Assembly: GCA_050694175.1 (NCBI GenBank)
Contig: JBOGXA010000002.1
Location: 82,796 to 146,795, forward strand
Length of the DNA stretch: 64,000 nt
Direction: 5' to 3'
From: Actinomycetota bacterium
Lineage (GTDB): Bacteria; Actinomycetota; CADDZG01; WHSQ01
Positions within the stretch are counted from its first letter, which is position 1. Every line of letters begins with the position of its first letter. The position numbers and the translations under genes are program-made. Of this stretch, positions 17,265 to 28,214 are shown piece after piece. The notes below the pieces were generated by a model. That model was given only the letters and a program-made list of their open reading frames with translations. It made no database searches and was not told the origin of the DNA.

Positions 17265-18919
17265 GACCGAAGTCGCACCTGATCGTGAACCTCATCGTGG
17301 TGGCGTTGCTGGGCGTGCTCATGACCGGATGGGTCGTGACCCGTGTCCTCGGCAGCGGGGTGCTCGAGCAGCCGATGAGAGTTACCGCCGACTTTGCCGC
17401 GTCGGGAGGAGTGTTCACGGGCCAGGAAGTCACTTACAGAGGAGTCGTTATCGGCTCCGTGGGCGATCCCGAACTCAACGACGGCGGCGTCGACATAGAG
17501 TTGCTGATCGAGCCAGAGTGGGATGGCCTGATTCCGGCCGAGGTGACCGCGGAGGTGAAGTCGAAGAGCGCGGTGGGGGAGCAGTACGTGAATCTCACTC
17601 CCGCTGGATCCGGTTCGGAAGAAATGCTCGCGGACGGCGCGACGATCGCGCGGTCGGCCACTCATCTGCCCGTCGACTTTCAGGAGCTCCTGGCATCGCT
17701 GGACGAGGTGCTGTCCGATGTTGGGCCCGAACGTACGCGGCGTGTGATCCAGAACCTGGCGGCCGGACTGCGCGGGCGCAGCGAGGACATCTCGTCGATC
17801 CTCGAGTCGCTGGGGACGCTTTCGGATGCTTTTGCCGACACCTCTCCCGAGCAGCGGCGCCTGCTCGCGAACTCCGTTGTTGCCGGGCGCGAGTTCCTGC
17901 GCACGAAGGAGGCGTTCGCCGATGCGATTCGCGCCGCCGACGACGTGGTGGAGGGGATCGGGGACGAACCTGAGGAACTGGAGGCCCTGCTGACCTCCAA
18001 CGACCGATTTGCGCGCGCGGCAACGGCTCTGCTGCGCCGGCGCGGTGACGACCTCGCCGGCGGCATCGGAGCCCTCGAGGAATTCACGTCTTTCCAGCTC
18101 GCCAATCAGGCGGAGCTGATCGACAAGTCCTTGCGCTACGTGCCCGCGTTCCTTCACGCGGTCGAAGATTCGTCCGTTCCATGGCGCTCACCAGACGGCC
18201 GCGAGTTCTATCGCATCCGAGTCGGACTCGTCGTGGAAGACGTGGAGAGTTCGTGGCCGTGCAAGTACAAGCTGCCCAGGGGTTACGAGCGCTTCCCGCA
18301 CCAGCGCCGCGCGCGCGACCCCGTCGTGGACGCGGCCTGCAGACGCGCGCGGCGAAATCCGTCATCCGATTCGCTGGTTGCGGCCCTGCGACAGTGGGCG
18401 GAGGAAAACCCCGCTGGTCTTCCGGATCTGCCGCTTCCCCCCTTCGGGGATTTCAAGCCCGCGCCCGGGGACGGTTTCATCTGGCCGGTTGACGGCGAGG
18501 TCACATCTGGCTTCGGGCCTCGCGACGGAGGGATGCACACAGGCCTCGACATCGACACACCTACGGGTACACCTGTTGTGGCTGCGCAGGCCGGTGTGGT
18601 CACGCTGGTGGACGTCTACTACGGGTACGGCAGCACGGTCATCATCGATCACGGCGACGGCTTTGCGTCGCTCTACGGGCATCTGTCGGAATATGCGGTG
18701 GGGCCGGACGACCGGGTCGAGCGCGGCGACATCATCGGCCTCGTCGGATGCACCGGTTCCTGCACCGGAGACCACCTGCACTTCGAGATCAGAATCGAAG
18801 ACAAGCCGGTCGACCCGCTCCCCTATTTGCCGGACCGCACCACCGCAACGGCACCAGTGACCAACCCGGCCCCCAGTCCGCACCCGTCGCCGCTGCCGGC
18901 GCTGACCGGCAACATCTGA
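17261..18919 (+). CDS. Mce/MlaD-family protein (6 of 6) fused to a C-terminal M23 (LytM-type) metallopeptidase domain
   Basis: GTGA overlap. TM plus MRVTADFAASGGVFTGQEVTYRGVVIGSVGD...VKSKSAVGEQYVNL. The C-terminus carries FIWPVDGEVTSGFGPRDGGMHTGLDIDTPTGTPVVAA...GDHLHFEIR (HxxxD and HxH motifs) in the same open frame. Confidence 0.85.
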   Translation: MRPKSHLIVNLIVVALLGVLMTGWVVTRVLGSGVLEQPMRVTADFAASGGVFTGQEVTYRGVVIGSVGDPELNDGGVDIELLIEPEWDGLIPAEVTAEVKSKSAVGEQYVNLTPAGSGSEEMLADGATIARSATHLPVDFQELLASLDEVLSDVGPERTRRVIQNLAAGLRGRSEDISSILESLGTLSDAFADTSPEQRRLLANSVVAGREFLRTKEAFADAIRAADDVVEGIGDEPEELEALLTSNDRFARAATALLRRRGDDLAGGIGALEEFTSFQLANQAELIDKSLRYVPAFLHAVEDSSVPWRSPDGREFYRIRVGLVVEDVESSWPCKYKLPRGYERFPHQRRARDPVVDAACRRARRNPSSDSLVAALRQWAEENPAGLPDLPLPPFGDFKPAPGDGFIWPVDGEVTSGFGPRDGGMHTGLDIDTPTGTPVVAAQAGVVTLVDVYYGYGSTVIIDHGDGFASLYGHLSEYAVGPDDRVERGDIIGLVGCTGSCTGDHLHFEIRIEDKPVDPLPYLPDRTTATAPVTNPAPSPHPSPLPALTGNI

Positions 18920-19015
18920 CCCGGGTATCCCCGCCGCGGCCAGATCCGTGCGCTAAAGCGGAGGGAGCATGCCTCGCTGGGACGAGTTCGATAGAAGTTG
19001 GCCCACAATCGGGGT

Positions 19016-20932
19016 ATGGCAACGACCACGCTGCAGCGACCGCCGCCCGGCTCGGTGCCGGCTCAGCCGGGCGTATACCTGTTCAAAGACCGGCACGACC
19101 GGGTCGTTTATGTGGGTAAGGCCAAGTCCCTGCGCTCGAGGATCTCCAACTATTTCGGGCCCGACCTCCACCCTCGCACGGAGGCGATGGTCGAGGCGGC
19201 CGCCGACATCGAGTGGATCGTCACGGATTCCGAGATCGGAGCTCTTCACCTCGAAGTCGACCTCATCAAACAGCACCGCCCTCGCTACAACGTCCGCTAC
19301 CGGGACGACAAGAGCTATCCCTACCTCGCCATAACGCTCGATGAGGAGTTCCCGCGGGCGCGGGTGATGCGCGGACCAAAGAAGAAAGGGGTTCGATACT
19401 ACGGCCCCTTCGCCCACGCCTATGCGATCCGCGACACACTCGACCTGCTCCTGCGAACCTTTCCCATGCGTACCTGCTCACAGGGCGTCTTCAATCGCTG
19501 CCGGCGGCGAGGCCGGCCGTGCCTTCTATTCCACATCGAGCGCTGCTCCGGGCCGTGTGTGAGCGCCGTCGACGCCGCGGGCCATCGGGCTATCGTCGAC
19601 GAGCTCTGCGACTTCCTTGACGGCAACACCAAACCGGTGCTCCGGCGGCTCGAGCGCGACATGAAAGCCGCGGCTACGACCCAGGACTACGAGCTCGCCG
19701 CGAAGTTCAGAGATCAGCTCCTCAACGTGCGCAAAGTCATCGAGCGCCAGCAGATGGTCTCCTCGGACAACGAGGACCTCGACGCCGTCGCGCTCGCCGA
19801 GGACGATCTCGAGGCATCGATACAGGTGTTCTTCGTCCGTCGCGGCCGCATCACGGGGCGAAAAGGCTTCGTCGTGGACAAGGTCGAGGACCTCGGTACG
19901 CCTGCGTTGCTGGCCCGCTTTCTCGAGCGGCACTACGCCGAGGCCGAGGCGCCCAAACAGGTGCTGGTGCCCGTGGAGATAGCCGACAAGGATCTCATCG
20001 AAGCATGGCTCAGCGAGTCGAGGGGCTCCCGCGTCGCCGTTCGGGTGCCCCGGCGCGGCGAGAAAAGAACACTGCTCGAGACCGTGGCCGAGAACGCAAA
20101 AGAGGCGTTCGCGCAGCATCGCTTGAAGCGGTCGACGGACTTCACAGCTCGCACCCGGCAACTGAAGGAGTTGCAGGACGCCATCGGGATGCCCGACGCC
20201 CCGCTGCGGATCGAGTGTTTCGATATCTCCAACCTCGGGTCGGCGGAAGCGGTCGGCTCGATGGTGGTGTTCGAGGACGGCCTCCCCAAGCGCTCGGACT
20301 ACAGGCGCTTTGCGATCAAGGACACGATTGGTCCGGACGACGTCGCCATGATGGGCGAAGTCATTAAGCGCCGCTTCGTCCGCTTCTTCGCGGACAGGGA
20401 CGACCGGCCGAAGAGCCTGCGCTCGCAGCGCTTTGCGTACCCCCCGAACCTCGTCGTGATCGACGGGGGGAAGGGCCAGCTCAACCGGGCCGTCGAAGTG
20501 ATGGACGAAATGGGCGTCGAAGGGGTGACGACCGTGTCGCTCGCGAAGCGGATGGAGGAGGTGTTCGTGCCGGGTCGGGCCGACCCCATCCGCATTCCGC
20601 GCACCTCCGAGGCGCTCTATCTGCTGCAGCAGATCCGCGACGAGGCCCACAGGTTCGCGATCACGTTCCACCGGCTGAAACGGGCCAAGCGGATGACGGC
20701 ATCGGTTCTGGACGGCATTCCAGGCCTTGGCCCGGCGCGCCGAAAGAAATTGATGAGGATCTTTGGATCGGTGAAGAGGATGCGCGAAGCTTTGATCGAG
20801 GACATCGCCGCGGTTCCAGGGCTTCCGAGGTCCGTGGCTGAGGCCGTCTTCCGGGCTCTGCACGGGGGAGAGGTGCACGCAGACCGGCTCACTCGGGACG
20901 CGGGTCCCGACGACGATCGGAGGCAGCAGTGA
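19016..20932 (+). CDS. uvrC: Excinuclease ABC subunit C
   Basis: GIY-YIG N-terminus (PGVYLFKDRHDRVVYVGKAKSLRSRISNYF), a UVR domain, an endonuclease domain and a C-terminal (HhH)2. The track start at 18998 is also possible. Confidence 0.93.
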   Translation: MATTTLQRPPPGSVPAQPGVYLFKDRHDRVVYVGKAKSLRSRISNYFGPDLHPRTEAMVEAAADIEWIVTDSEIGALHLEVDLIKQHRPRYNVRYRDDKSYPYLAITLDEEFPRARVMRGPKKKGVRYYGPFAHAYAIRDTLDLLLRTFPMRTCSQGVFNRCRRRGRPCLLFHIERCSGPCVSAVDAAGHRAIVDELCDFLDGNTKPVLRRLERDMKAAATTQDYELAAKFRDQLLNVRKVIERQQMVSSDNEDLDAVALAEDDLEASIQVFFVRRGRITGRKGFVVDKVEDLGTPALLARFLERHYAEAEAPKQVLVPVEIADKDLIEAWLSESRGSRVAVRVPRRGEKRTLLETVAENAKEAFAQHRLKRSTDFTARTRQLKELQDAIGMPDAPLRIECFDISNLGSAEAVGSMVVFEDGLPKRSDYRRFAIKDTIGPDDVAMMGEVIKRRFVRFFADRDDRPKSLRSQRFAYPPNLVVIDGGKGQLNRAVEVMDEMGVEGVTTVSLAKRMEEVFVPGRADPIRIPRTSEALYLLQQIRDEAHRFAITFHRLKRAKRMTASVLDGIPGLGPARRKKLMRIFGSVKRMREALIEDIAAVPGLPRSVAEAVFRALHGGEVHADRLTRDAGPDDDRRQQ

Positions 20933-21828
20933 TGAACGTCAGACGGCGCGCCCGGGTGATCGATGTGACCGTCATCACCGGGTTGTCGGGCGCCGGCCGC
21001 TCGGAGGCCGCCAAAGCGCTCGAGGATATGGGATGGTTCGTGATCGACAACCTTCCCCCTCAGTTGATCTCAAAGACGATGTCCCTGGCGATCGCGCCCG
21101 GAAACGACATCGGCCGTATTGCGCTTGTAATCGACGCGCGCGGAGGCCAGTTCTTCAAGGAGGCCACCCGTGCGCTCGAGAAACTGCGCCGCGACGTCTG
21201 CAACTTCCGACTCCTTTTTCTCGAGGCGTCAGACGAGGAACTCGTGCGGCGTTTCGACGCCAGCCGTCGTCGCCACCCCCTCGCGATCGACGACACCATC
21301 GCCGTTGGTATCCAGCGAGAGCGGGAGCTCATGCGACCCTTCAGAGAAGGCGCGGACGTCATCATCGAAACGACCGACCTACCCGTTCGCAAGTTGAGGG
21401 CAAAGATCGCGACCGCGTTCTCGGACGGTGACGTCGCAACCGAAGGGCTCAAGATCAACGTGATCTCGTTCGGCTACAAGTTCGGTCTCCCCCTGGACGC
21501 CGACATCGTCCTAGACGTTCGTTTTCTACCCAACCCCTACTGGGTCCCGGAGCTGAAAGACCTCGAGGGACTTGACGTGTCGGTGCGCGACTACGTGCTC
21601 CAGCAACCGGCTACCGACGATTTCCTGGTGAGGACGAAAGACCTGTTCTCGTTGCTCCTGCCCGGATACCAGGGAGAGGGGCGCCACTACCTGACCGTTG
21701 CCATCGGGTGCACCGGGGGGCGTCACCGCTCGGTTGTTCTTGCCGAGCAGATCGGTTCGATCATCCGCGAGCACGACTTTGCGGTAAAGGTGATCCATCG
21801 AGACATAGAGCGGGACACCGCCGGGTGA
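20929..21828 (+). CDS. rapZ: RNase adapter protein RapZ (YvcJ family)
   Basis: Walker A GLSGAGRS and C-terminal CTGGRHRSV, with conserved uvrC-rapZ-yvcK order. It overlaps the uvrC stop. Confidence 0.92.
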   Translation: MMNVRRRARVIDVTVITGLSGAGRSEAAKALEDMGWFVIDNLPPQLISKTMSLAIAPGNDIGRIALVIDARGGQFFKEATRALEKLRRDVCNFRLLFLEASDEELVRRFDASRRRHPLAIDDTIAVGIQRERELMRPFREGADVIIETTDLPVRKLRAKIATAFSDGDVATEGLKINVISFGYKFGLPLDADIVLDVRFLPNPYWVPELKDLEGLDVSVRDYVLQQPATDDFLVRTKDLFSLLLPGYQGEGRHYLTVAIGCTGGRHRSVVLAEQIGSIIREHDFAVKVIHRDIERDTAG

Positions 21829-21835
21829 CAGCCCG

Positions 21836-22720
21836 GTGAAGGTCGTGGGGATTGGAGGCGGCCACGGCCTCGCGCAAAACCTGCTGGCAGCCCGGCTCTA
21901 TGCGGATGAGATAGCCGCGGTCGTCACGGTCGCCGACGACGGCGGCTCATCCGGGCGGCTGACCCGCGAGCTCGGCATCCCACCACCGGGGGATATCCGC
22001 AATTGCCTTGTCGCGCTGTCGAGCGACGACGACATGGCTCGCCTCTATCAACACCGGTTCGCGAGCGGTGCGCTCACCGGACACACCGCCGGCAATTTGC
22101 TCATTGCCGCGCTCACCGAGATGCACGGGGACTTCGGTGCCGCGGTTGCCCAGGCGGGGAGGCTGCTCCGGTGCAAAGGGAAGGTGTATCCGGCCACGAC
22201 GGCTCTAGTCGGGCTCCACGCGAAGGTGAGCGGCGGCACACTCCGGGGCCAGGTCGCGGTGGCGCAGACCAACGCGCCGATCCAGGCCGTCTACCTCGAG
22301 CCGCCCGACCCGCCCGCTTACCCCGAAGCGGCGCGGGCCGTGTGCGAGGCCGACCAGATCCTCCTGGGGCCCGGGAGCCTTTTTACGAGCCTCATCGCTT
22401 CCCTGCTGGTGCCGGGGATCCGAAAGGCAATGCAGGACACGCAGGCTCGCCGGATATTCGTATGCAACACGAGGATGCAAAAGGGCGAGACGGACGGACT
22501 CGACGCCGCCGCGCACGTGGAGTCCGTACTTGCGCACGCAGGAGCGTTTTGTATCGACACCGTCGTGGTTCAGAGCCCGCCCGTCGAGCCGGACGGAGTT
22601 GCGGTGGACCGCGACGCCGTTGCCTATTCGGGCATCGAGGTAATCGAAGCAAATGTGGTCGATATCGTCGGAGGCCACGATCCCGGCCGGCTTGCGGGGG
22701 TCCTCTCGTCGCTCAGGTAA
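21836..22720 (+). CDS. yvcK: YvcK/CofD-like gluconeogenesis-factor family protein
   Basis: GIGGGHGL...VVTVADDGGSSGRLTRELGIPPPGDIRNCLVALS. Confidence 0.9.
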   Translation: MKVVGIGGGHGLAQNLLAARLYADEIAAVVTVADDGGSSGRLTRELGIPPPGDIRNCLVALSSDDDMARLYQHRFASGALTGHTAGNLLIAALTEMHGDFGAAVAQAGRLLRCKGKVYPATTALVGLHAKVSGGTLRGQVAVAQTNAPIQAVYLEPPDPPAYPEAARAVCEADQILLGPGSLFTSLIASLLVPGIRKAMQDTQARRIFVCNTRMQKGETDGLDAAAHVESVLAHAGAFCIDTVVVQSPPVEPDGVAVDRDAVAYSGIEVIEANVVDIVGGHDPGRLAGVLSSLR

Positions 22721-22792
22721 GAGGCCGATCTTTCTGGGTGTTCCAGGAGCGCGCCGTCGCGACGCGTGGCGAACAGTCGGCGTGGGTTCGCG

Positions 22793-24927
<2,135 letters not shown>

Positions 24928-25008
24928 GCGCCGCGTTCGCGTCGAGCGTGCGTTTGACTATCCATACGATGGTCATACGCACACTCGTTGATGTGTGTGC
25001 TGTTGGTT

Positions 25009-25605
25009 CTATGCAGCCTGGGCCCGGCGGCGTGTGAAGCCCAGGCTCCCGGCGATCACGACACCCGCGCCCACCACCAGGATGAGCGGCAGGACCCAGC
25101 GGCCGCCGCCGGTGTCGGGACGTGTAGTCGATGCAGGCTCGGCCGCTGGGGGACGCTCGGGCAGAGTCGCGAGATCGTCGGCTGTGAATTCGCCGGGTGG
25201 CATGGCCGTCGCGGCATCGAACGCGCTCGCCGGGAACGGCTCGAGCTTTTTCAGGAGGCCGCTCAACCCGCTCTTCAGGGGATCGGAGTCGAGCTCGTAC
25301 CACACTGCTCCGAAGTTGCCCGTCGTTCGGATGAGGTTCGAAGAGGGCATGTAGTCGATCGTCCACGATGCCTCCTCGCCGACGTCATCGAGAACGATCA
25401 GCGTGATCGTGAAGAAGGGTCCCGAAGGAGGCTCCTCGGACAGGTTGTTGGCGGTTACGAATGCTCGGAGATCGTCCTTCTCGGTCACGGTTGCGCACTT
25501 GGACTGCCCGCAGATCTTCGCGATGTCCAACTCCTTGGCGCCGGCGGGCGCTCCCGCCAGACAAACCGCCAAAGCTGCGACGAGTACCACGGCCATCTTT
25601 CTCAC
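25009..25605 (-). CDS. Hypothetical secreted, C-terminally membrane-anchored protein
   Basis: Signal peptide MRKMAVVLVAALAVCLAGAPAGA. C-terminal hydrophobic helix plus basic tail (WVLPLILVVGAGVVIAGSLGFTRRRAQAA). No family recognised. Confidence 0.55.
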   Translation of the reverse strand: MRKMAVVLVAALAVCLAGAPAGAKELDIAKICGQSKCATVTEKDDLRAFVTANNLSEEPPSGPFFTITLIVLDDVGEEASWTIDYMPSSNLIRTTGNFGAVWYELDSDPLKSGLSGLLKKLEPFPASAFDAATAMPPGEFTADDLATLPERPPAAEPASTTRPDTGGGRWVLPLILVVGAGVVIAGSLGFTRRRAQAA

Positions 25606-25683
25606 GGCAGGCTCCTTGCTGTCTGGTGCGCTTCGCCCTGACTACACCTTGGACAGAGACGGGGTTCCATCATCAATACGAGA

Positions 25684-25706
25684 AGAGGGGCCGCGAAGGC
25701 CCCTCT
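25684..25706 (-). terminator. Hairpin between the DUF892 gene and the next reverse-strand gene
   Basis: AGAGGGGCC-GCGAA-GGCCCCTCT is a perfect 9-bp stem. On the minus strand it is followed by the moderately U-rich TTCTCGTATTGATGATGG. Confidence 0.45.
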
Positions 25707-25728
25707 CCGGTGGATGGGTGGGAGATCT

Positions 25729-26217
25729 CTAGCGGGGCGAGACCTCGTGGCCGAGCTTCTCCGACAGTTGCTCAAGCTCCTGAGCCGTGGCCTGCTCCTC
25801 CTTGAGGCTTTGCTCGAAGAGACCGGCGGCTTCGCTCAGGCCGAGCACGTCGGCCAGCCTGATGAGTGACCTGTAGGAACAGATCTCGTAGTGCTCGACC
25901 TTGAGAGCTGCACTCGTCGAGAACAGATCGAGAACCGGTGGCGACGGATTCTCCTCTTTCGCGAAGCCCGAGTACTCGGCGATCAACCCGTTGATCCCGT
26001 CACACGGTTCCCGCCGGGGCTTGCGCTCAATCAGCTCGAAGACGCGCTCGAGCCTTCCGGCCTGCTTCGCGGTGACCTCGAGGTGCTCCTCGAACCCCTT
26101 CTTCAGTTCTTCGTTCGTGGCCTTGTCGGCCATCGTCTTCAGTGCGCGCACCAGCTTATGTTCTGCGTCGTAGATGTCGCGCAACTCGTGCTCGAACAGC
26201 TCTATGGCTGTATCCAT
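25729..26217 (-). CDS. Ferritin-like DUF892 (YciE/YciF family) protein
   Basis: MDTAIELFEHELRDIYDAEHKLVRALKTMADKATNEELKKGFEEHLEVTAKQAGRLERVFE... matches the family's N-terminal motif. Confidence 0.85.
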   Translation of the reverse strand: MDTAIELFEHELRDIYDAEHKLVRALKTMADKATNEELKKGFEEHLEVTAKQAGRLERVFELIERKPRREPCDGINGLIAEYSGFAKEENPSPPVLDLFSTSAALKVEHYEICSYRSLIRLADVLGLSEAAGLFEQSLKEEQATAQELEQLSEKLGHEVSPR

Positions 26218-26364
26218 AGGATTCCGACCCCCTCGGTTAGAAGACTGGCACCTGATTCCTTCCCCCCACTCACCGTGCTAAGCGCGCGTCTGCCAATTCC
26301 GCCGAGCTATTTCTGAAGCCATGTCCGAAAGCTCGCTGGATACACTGCTCATTTCGCCGCACGA

Positions 26365-28140
26365 ATGGTTAGGAGACCCTCATCGATGTCGTGGACCCTG
26401 GCGTGGGGTGCGCTTCGTCTGGTAGCCGGAGCGGGAGTGGGGCTCGGCCTCGGTGTTCTTTGTCTGGGCCTGCCCTGGTTCTACTGGCCGGACGAATCGG
26501 AGGCGTTCGTGAGCTCGGGCGATCTCGTGCTCGCGGCCGCCATCGCCTTCGCCGCGCTCTGCGGGGTCGGCTTCGCCGTCCGGCCGCTCGCCCATTGGTG
26601 GCAACTCTGGGCTCTGCTCGGCGCCGGGGTGGCCGCGGGAGCCCTCGTCGGAGTCACGCTTCGAGCCCGGCTCGATCCTGCCGGGGAGGTCGCCGGACTC
26701 CCCGAGGGGGTCGTTCTGGTGGTTGCCTACTGCCTGGCGGGAGCGCTGATGGGCTTTGTCGGCTTCTTACTGTCCGTCCACCCCGAGGAGCACGTCGAGA
26801 CCGCTACCCGGGCCCAGCCTTCCTCCCGGCCGACGCCCCCACCACCACCGCCACCCGAACCCGAACCCGCCGCGCCCGTTGCCGCCACACCGACAGAGAG
26901 GGTGGCCGCAGCGAGTGCGCGTCCCGAAGACCGGCTACCGACGATCGACGATCTCGACGTCGAGGGCAGCCGGGTCCTGGTGCGCTGCGATTTGAACGTC
27001 CCTATAGAGGACGGAGCGATTGCGGACGACATGAGGATCCGAAGTTCGATACCGACGCTGGGGGCCCTCCTGAGCCGAGGAGCTCGGCTGGTGGTGTGCT
27101 CGCATCTGGGTCGCCCGAAGGGCCGAGTTGTAGAAGAGCTTCGCCTCGCGCCGGTGGGAGAGCGGCTGTCGCAGCTGCTGGCCCAGCACGTCGTGACGCT
27201 CACCGAGGTCGTGGGCGATGAGGCACAGCAGGCGTGTGAGTCGGATGCGCCGGTCGTTCTCCTCGAGAATCTGCGCTTCGATCCAGGAGAGGAGGCGAAC
27301 GACCCCGAGTTCGCGGACGCGCTCGCAGGACTCGCGAGCGCGTACGTCAACGATGCATTCGGCTCCTCGCATCGGGCACACGCCTCGGTAGTCGGAGTGG
27401 CCGAGTTGCTGCCGTCCGCGGCGGGTTTCCTCCTGGCAGACGAGGTGGCGAAACTCTCGCACCTCCTGGAAGCCCCCGAGCGGCCCTTTGTGGCGGTGCT
27501 TGGCGGGGCGAAGGTCTCCGACAAGCTCGGCGTTATCGGCCACCTCCTCGGGCGGGTCGATGCCCTGGTAATCGGCGGGGCAATGGCCTTCACTCTGCTG
27601 CGGGCGGAGGGTCACCGCGTTGGTCGCTCGCTCGTGGAAGAGGACCGGATCGATGAGGTGCGCGCCGTCCTCGCGAGCGCACGGGAGCGCGGCGTCGAGA
27701 TCCATTTACCAACCGACGTCGTTGCGGCAGACGATCCGGAAGAGGGCTCGGCACACGACAACGCCGACCTTGACTCGATCGGTGAGCGGATGGGAGTCGA
27801 CATCGGGCCGCTCAGCGCACAACGGTTCGCGGCAGTGATAGACGACGCGAGGACGATCCTGTGGAACGGGCCGATGGGGATATTCGAGGTCCCCGCGTTC
27901 GCGACCGGAACGAAAGCCGTGGCCCAGGCGGTCGCCGACGCAACGGATAAGGGGGCTTACTCTGTCGTCGGCGGAGGAGACTCCGCCGCCGCGCTTCAGG
28001 AACTGGGCATGACCGATGCCGTGTCCCACCTCTCGACCGGGGGCGGCGCGTCGCTCGAGTTCCTCGAGGGCAAGGACCTGCCGGGGGTCGCGGCGCTTCG
28101 CAAGCGGGCCCACAAGGAGGGGGTTCGGGGGAACCAGTGA
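26365..28140 (+). CDS. pgk: Phosphoglycerate kinase with an in-frame N-terminal 4-TM plus Pro-rich extension (591 aa ORF)
   Basis: The PGK domain begins about aa 190 (LPTIDDLDVEGSRVLVRCDLNVP...SHLGRPKG...GGGDSAAA). Residues 1-140 hold four hydrophobic helices and residues 150-178 form a Pro-rich linker. There is no stop between them. An alternative PGK-only start is GTG 26902. Confidence 0.9.
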   Translation: MVRRPSSMSWTLAWGALRLVAGAGVGLGLGVLCLGLPWFYWPDESEAFVSSGDLVLAAAIAFAALCGVGFAVRPLAHWWQLWALLGAGVAAGALVGVTLRARLDPAGEVAGLPEGVVLVVAYCLAGALMGFVGFLLSVHPEEHVETATRAQPSSRPTPPPPPPPEPEPAAPVAATPTERVAAASARPEDRLPTIDDLDVEGSRVLVRCDLNVPIEDGAIADDMRIRSSIPTLGALLSRGARLVVCSHLGRPKGRVVEELRLAPVGERLSQLLAQHVVTLTEVVGDEAQQACESDAPVVLLENLRFDPGEEANDPEFADALAGLASAYVNDAFGSSHRAHASVVGVAELLPSAAGFLLADEVAKLSHLLEAPERPFVAVLGGAKVSDKLGVIGHLLGRVDALVIGGAMAFTLLRAEGHRVGRSLVEEDRIDEVRAVLASARERGVEIHLPTDVVAADDPEEGSAHDNADLDSIGERMGVDIGPLSAQRFAAVIDDARTILWNGPMGIFEVPAFATGTKAVAQAVADATDKGAYSVVGGGDSAAALQELGMTDAVSHLSTGGGASLEFLEGKDLPGVAALRKRAHKEGVRGNQ

Positions 28141-28214
28141 GGCGGGCTGGGCCGCCGGGGTTCCCCGACGGAGAGCGGGGAGCCCGGAGGGCAACCCGAT
28201 CGGAGAGGAAGCGA

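Noticed and set aside
18940-19015. SOS (LexA) box or PafBC RecA-NDp motif upstream of uvrC, and elsewhere in the window.
   Set aside because: I found only partial half-sites, such as GTTCGATAGAAG. There is no TCGAAC-N4-GTTCGA palindrome and no TGTCGGTG-N8-TANNNT match.
25009-25120. The C-terminus of the 198-aa secreted protein resembles a sortase sorting signal (polar motif, hydrophobic helix, RRR tail).
   Set aside because: The motif before the helix is RPDTGGG, not LPXTG or LAXTG, and no sortase gene is nearby. I treated it as a plain C-terminal membrane anchor.
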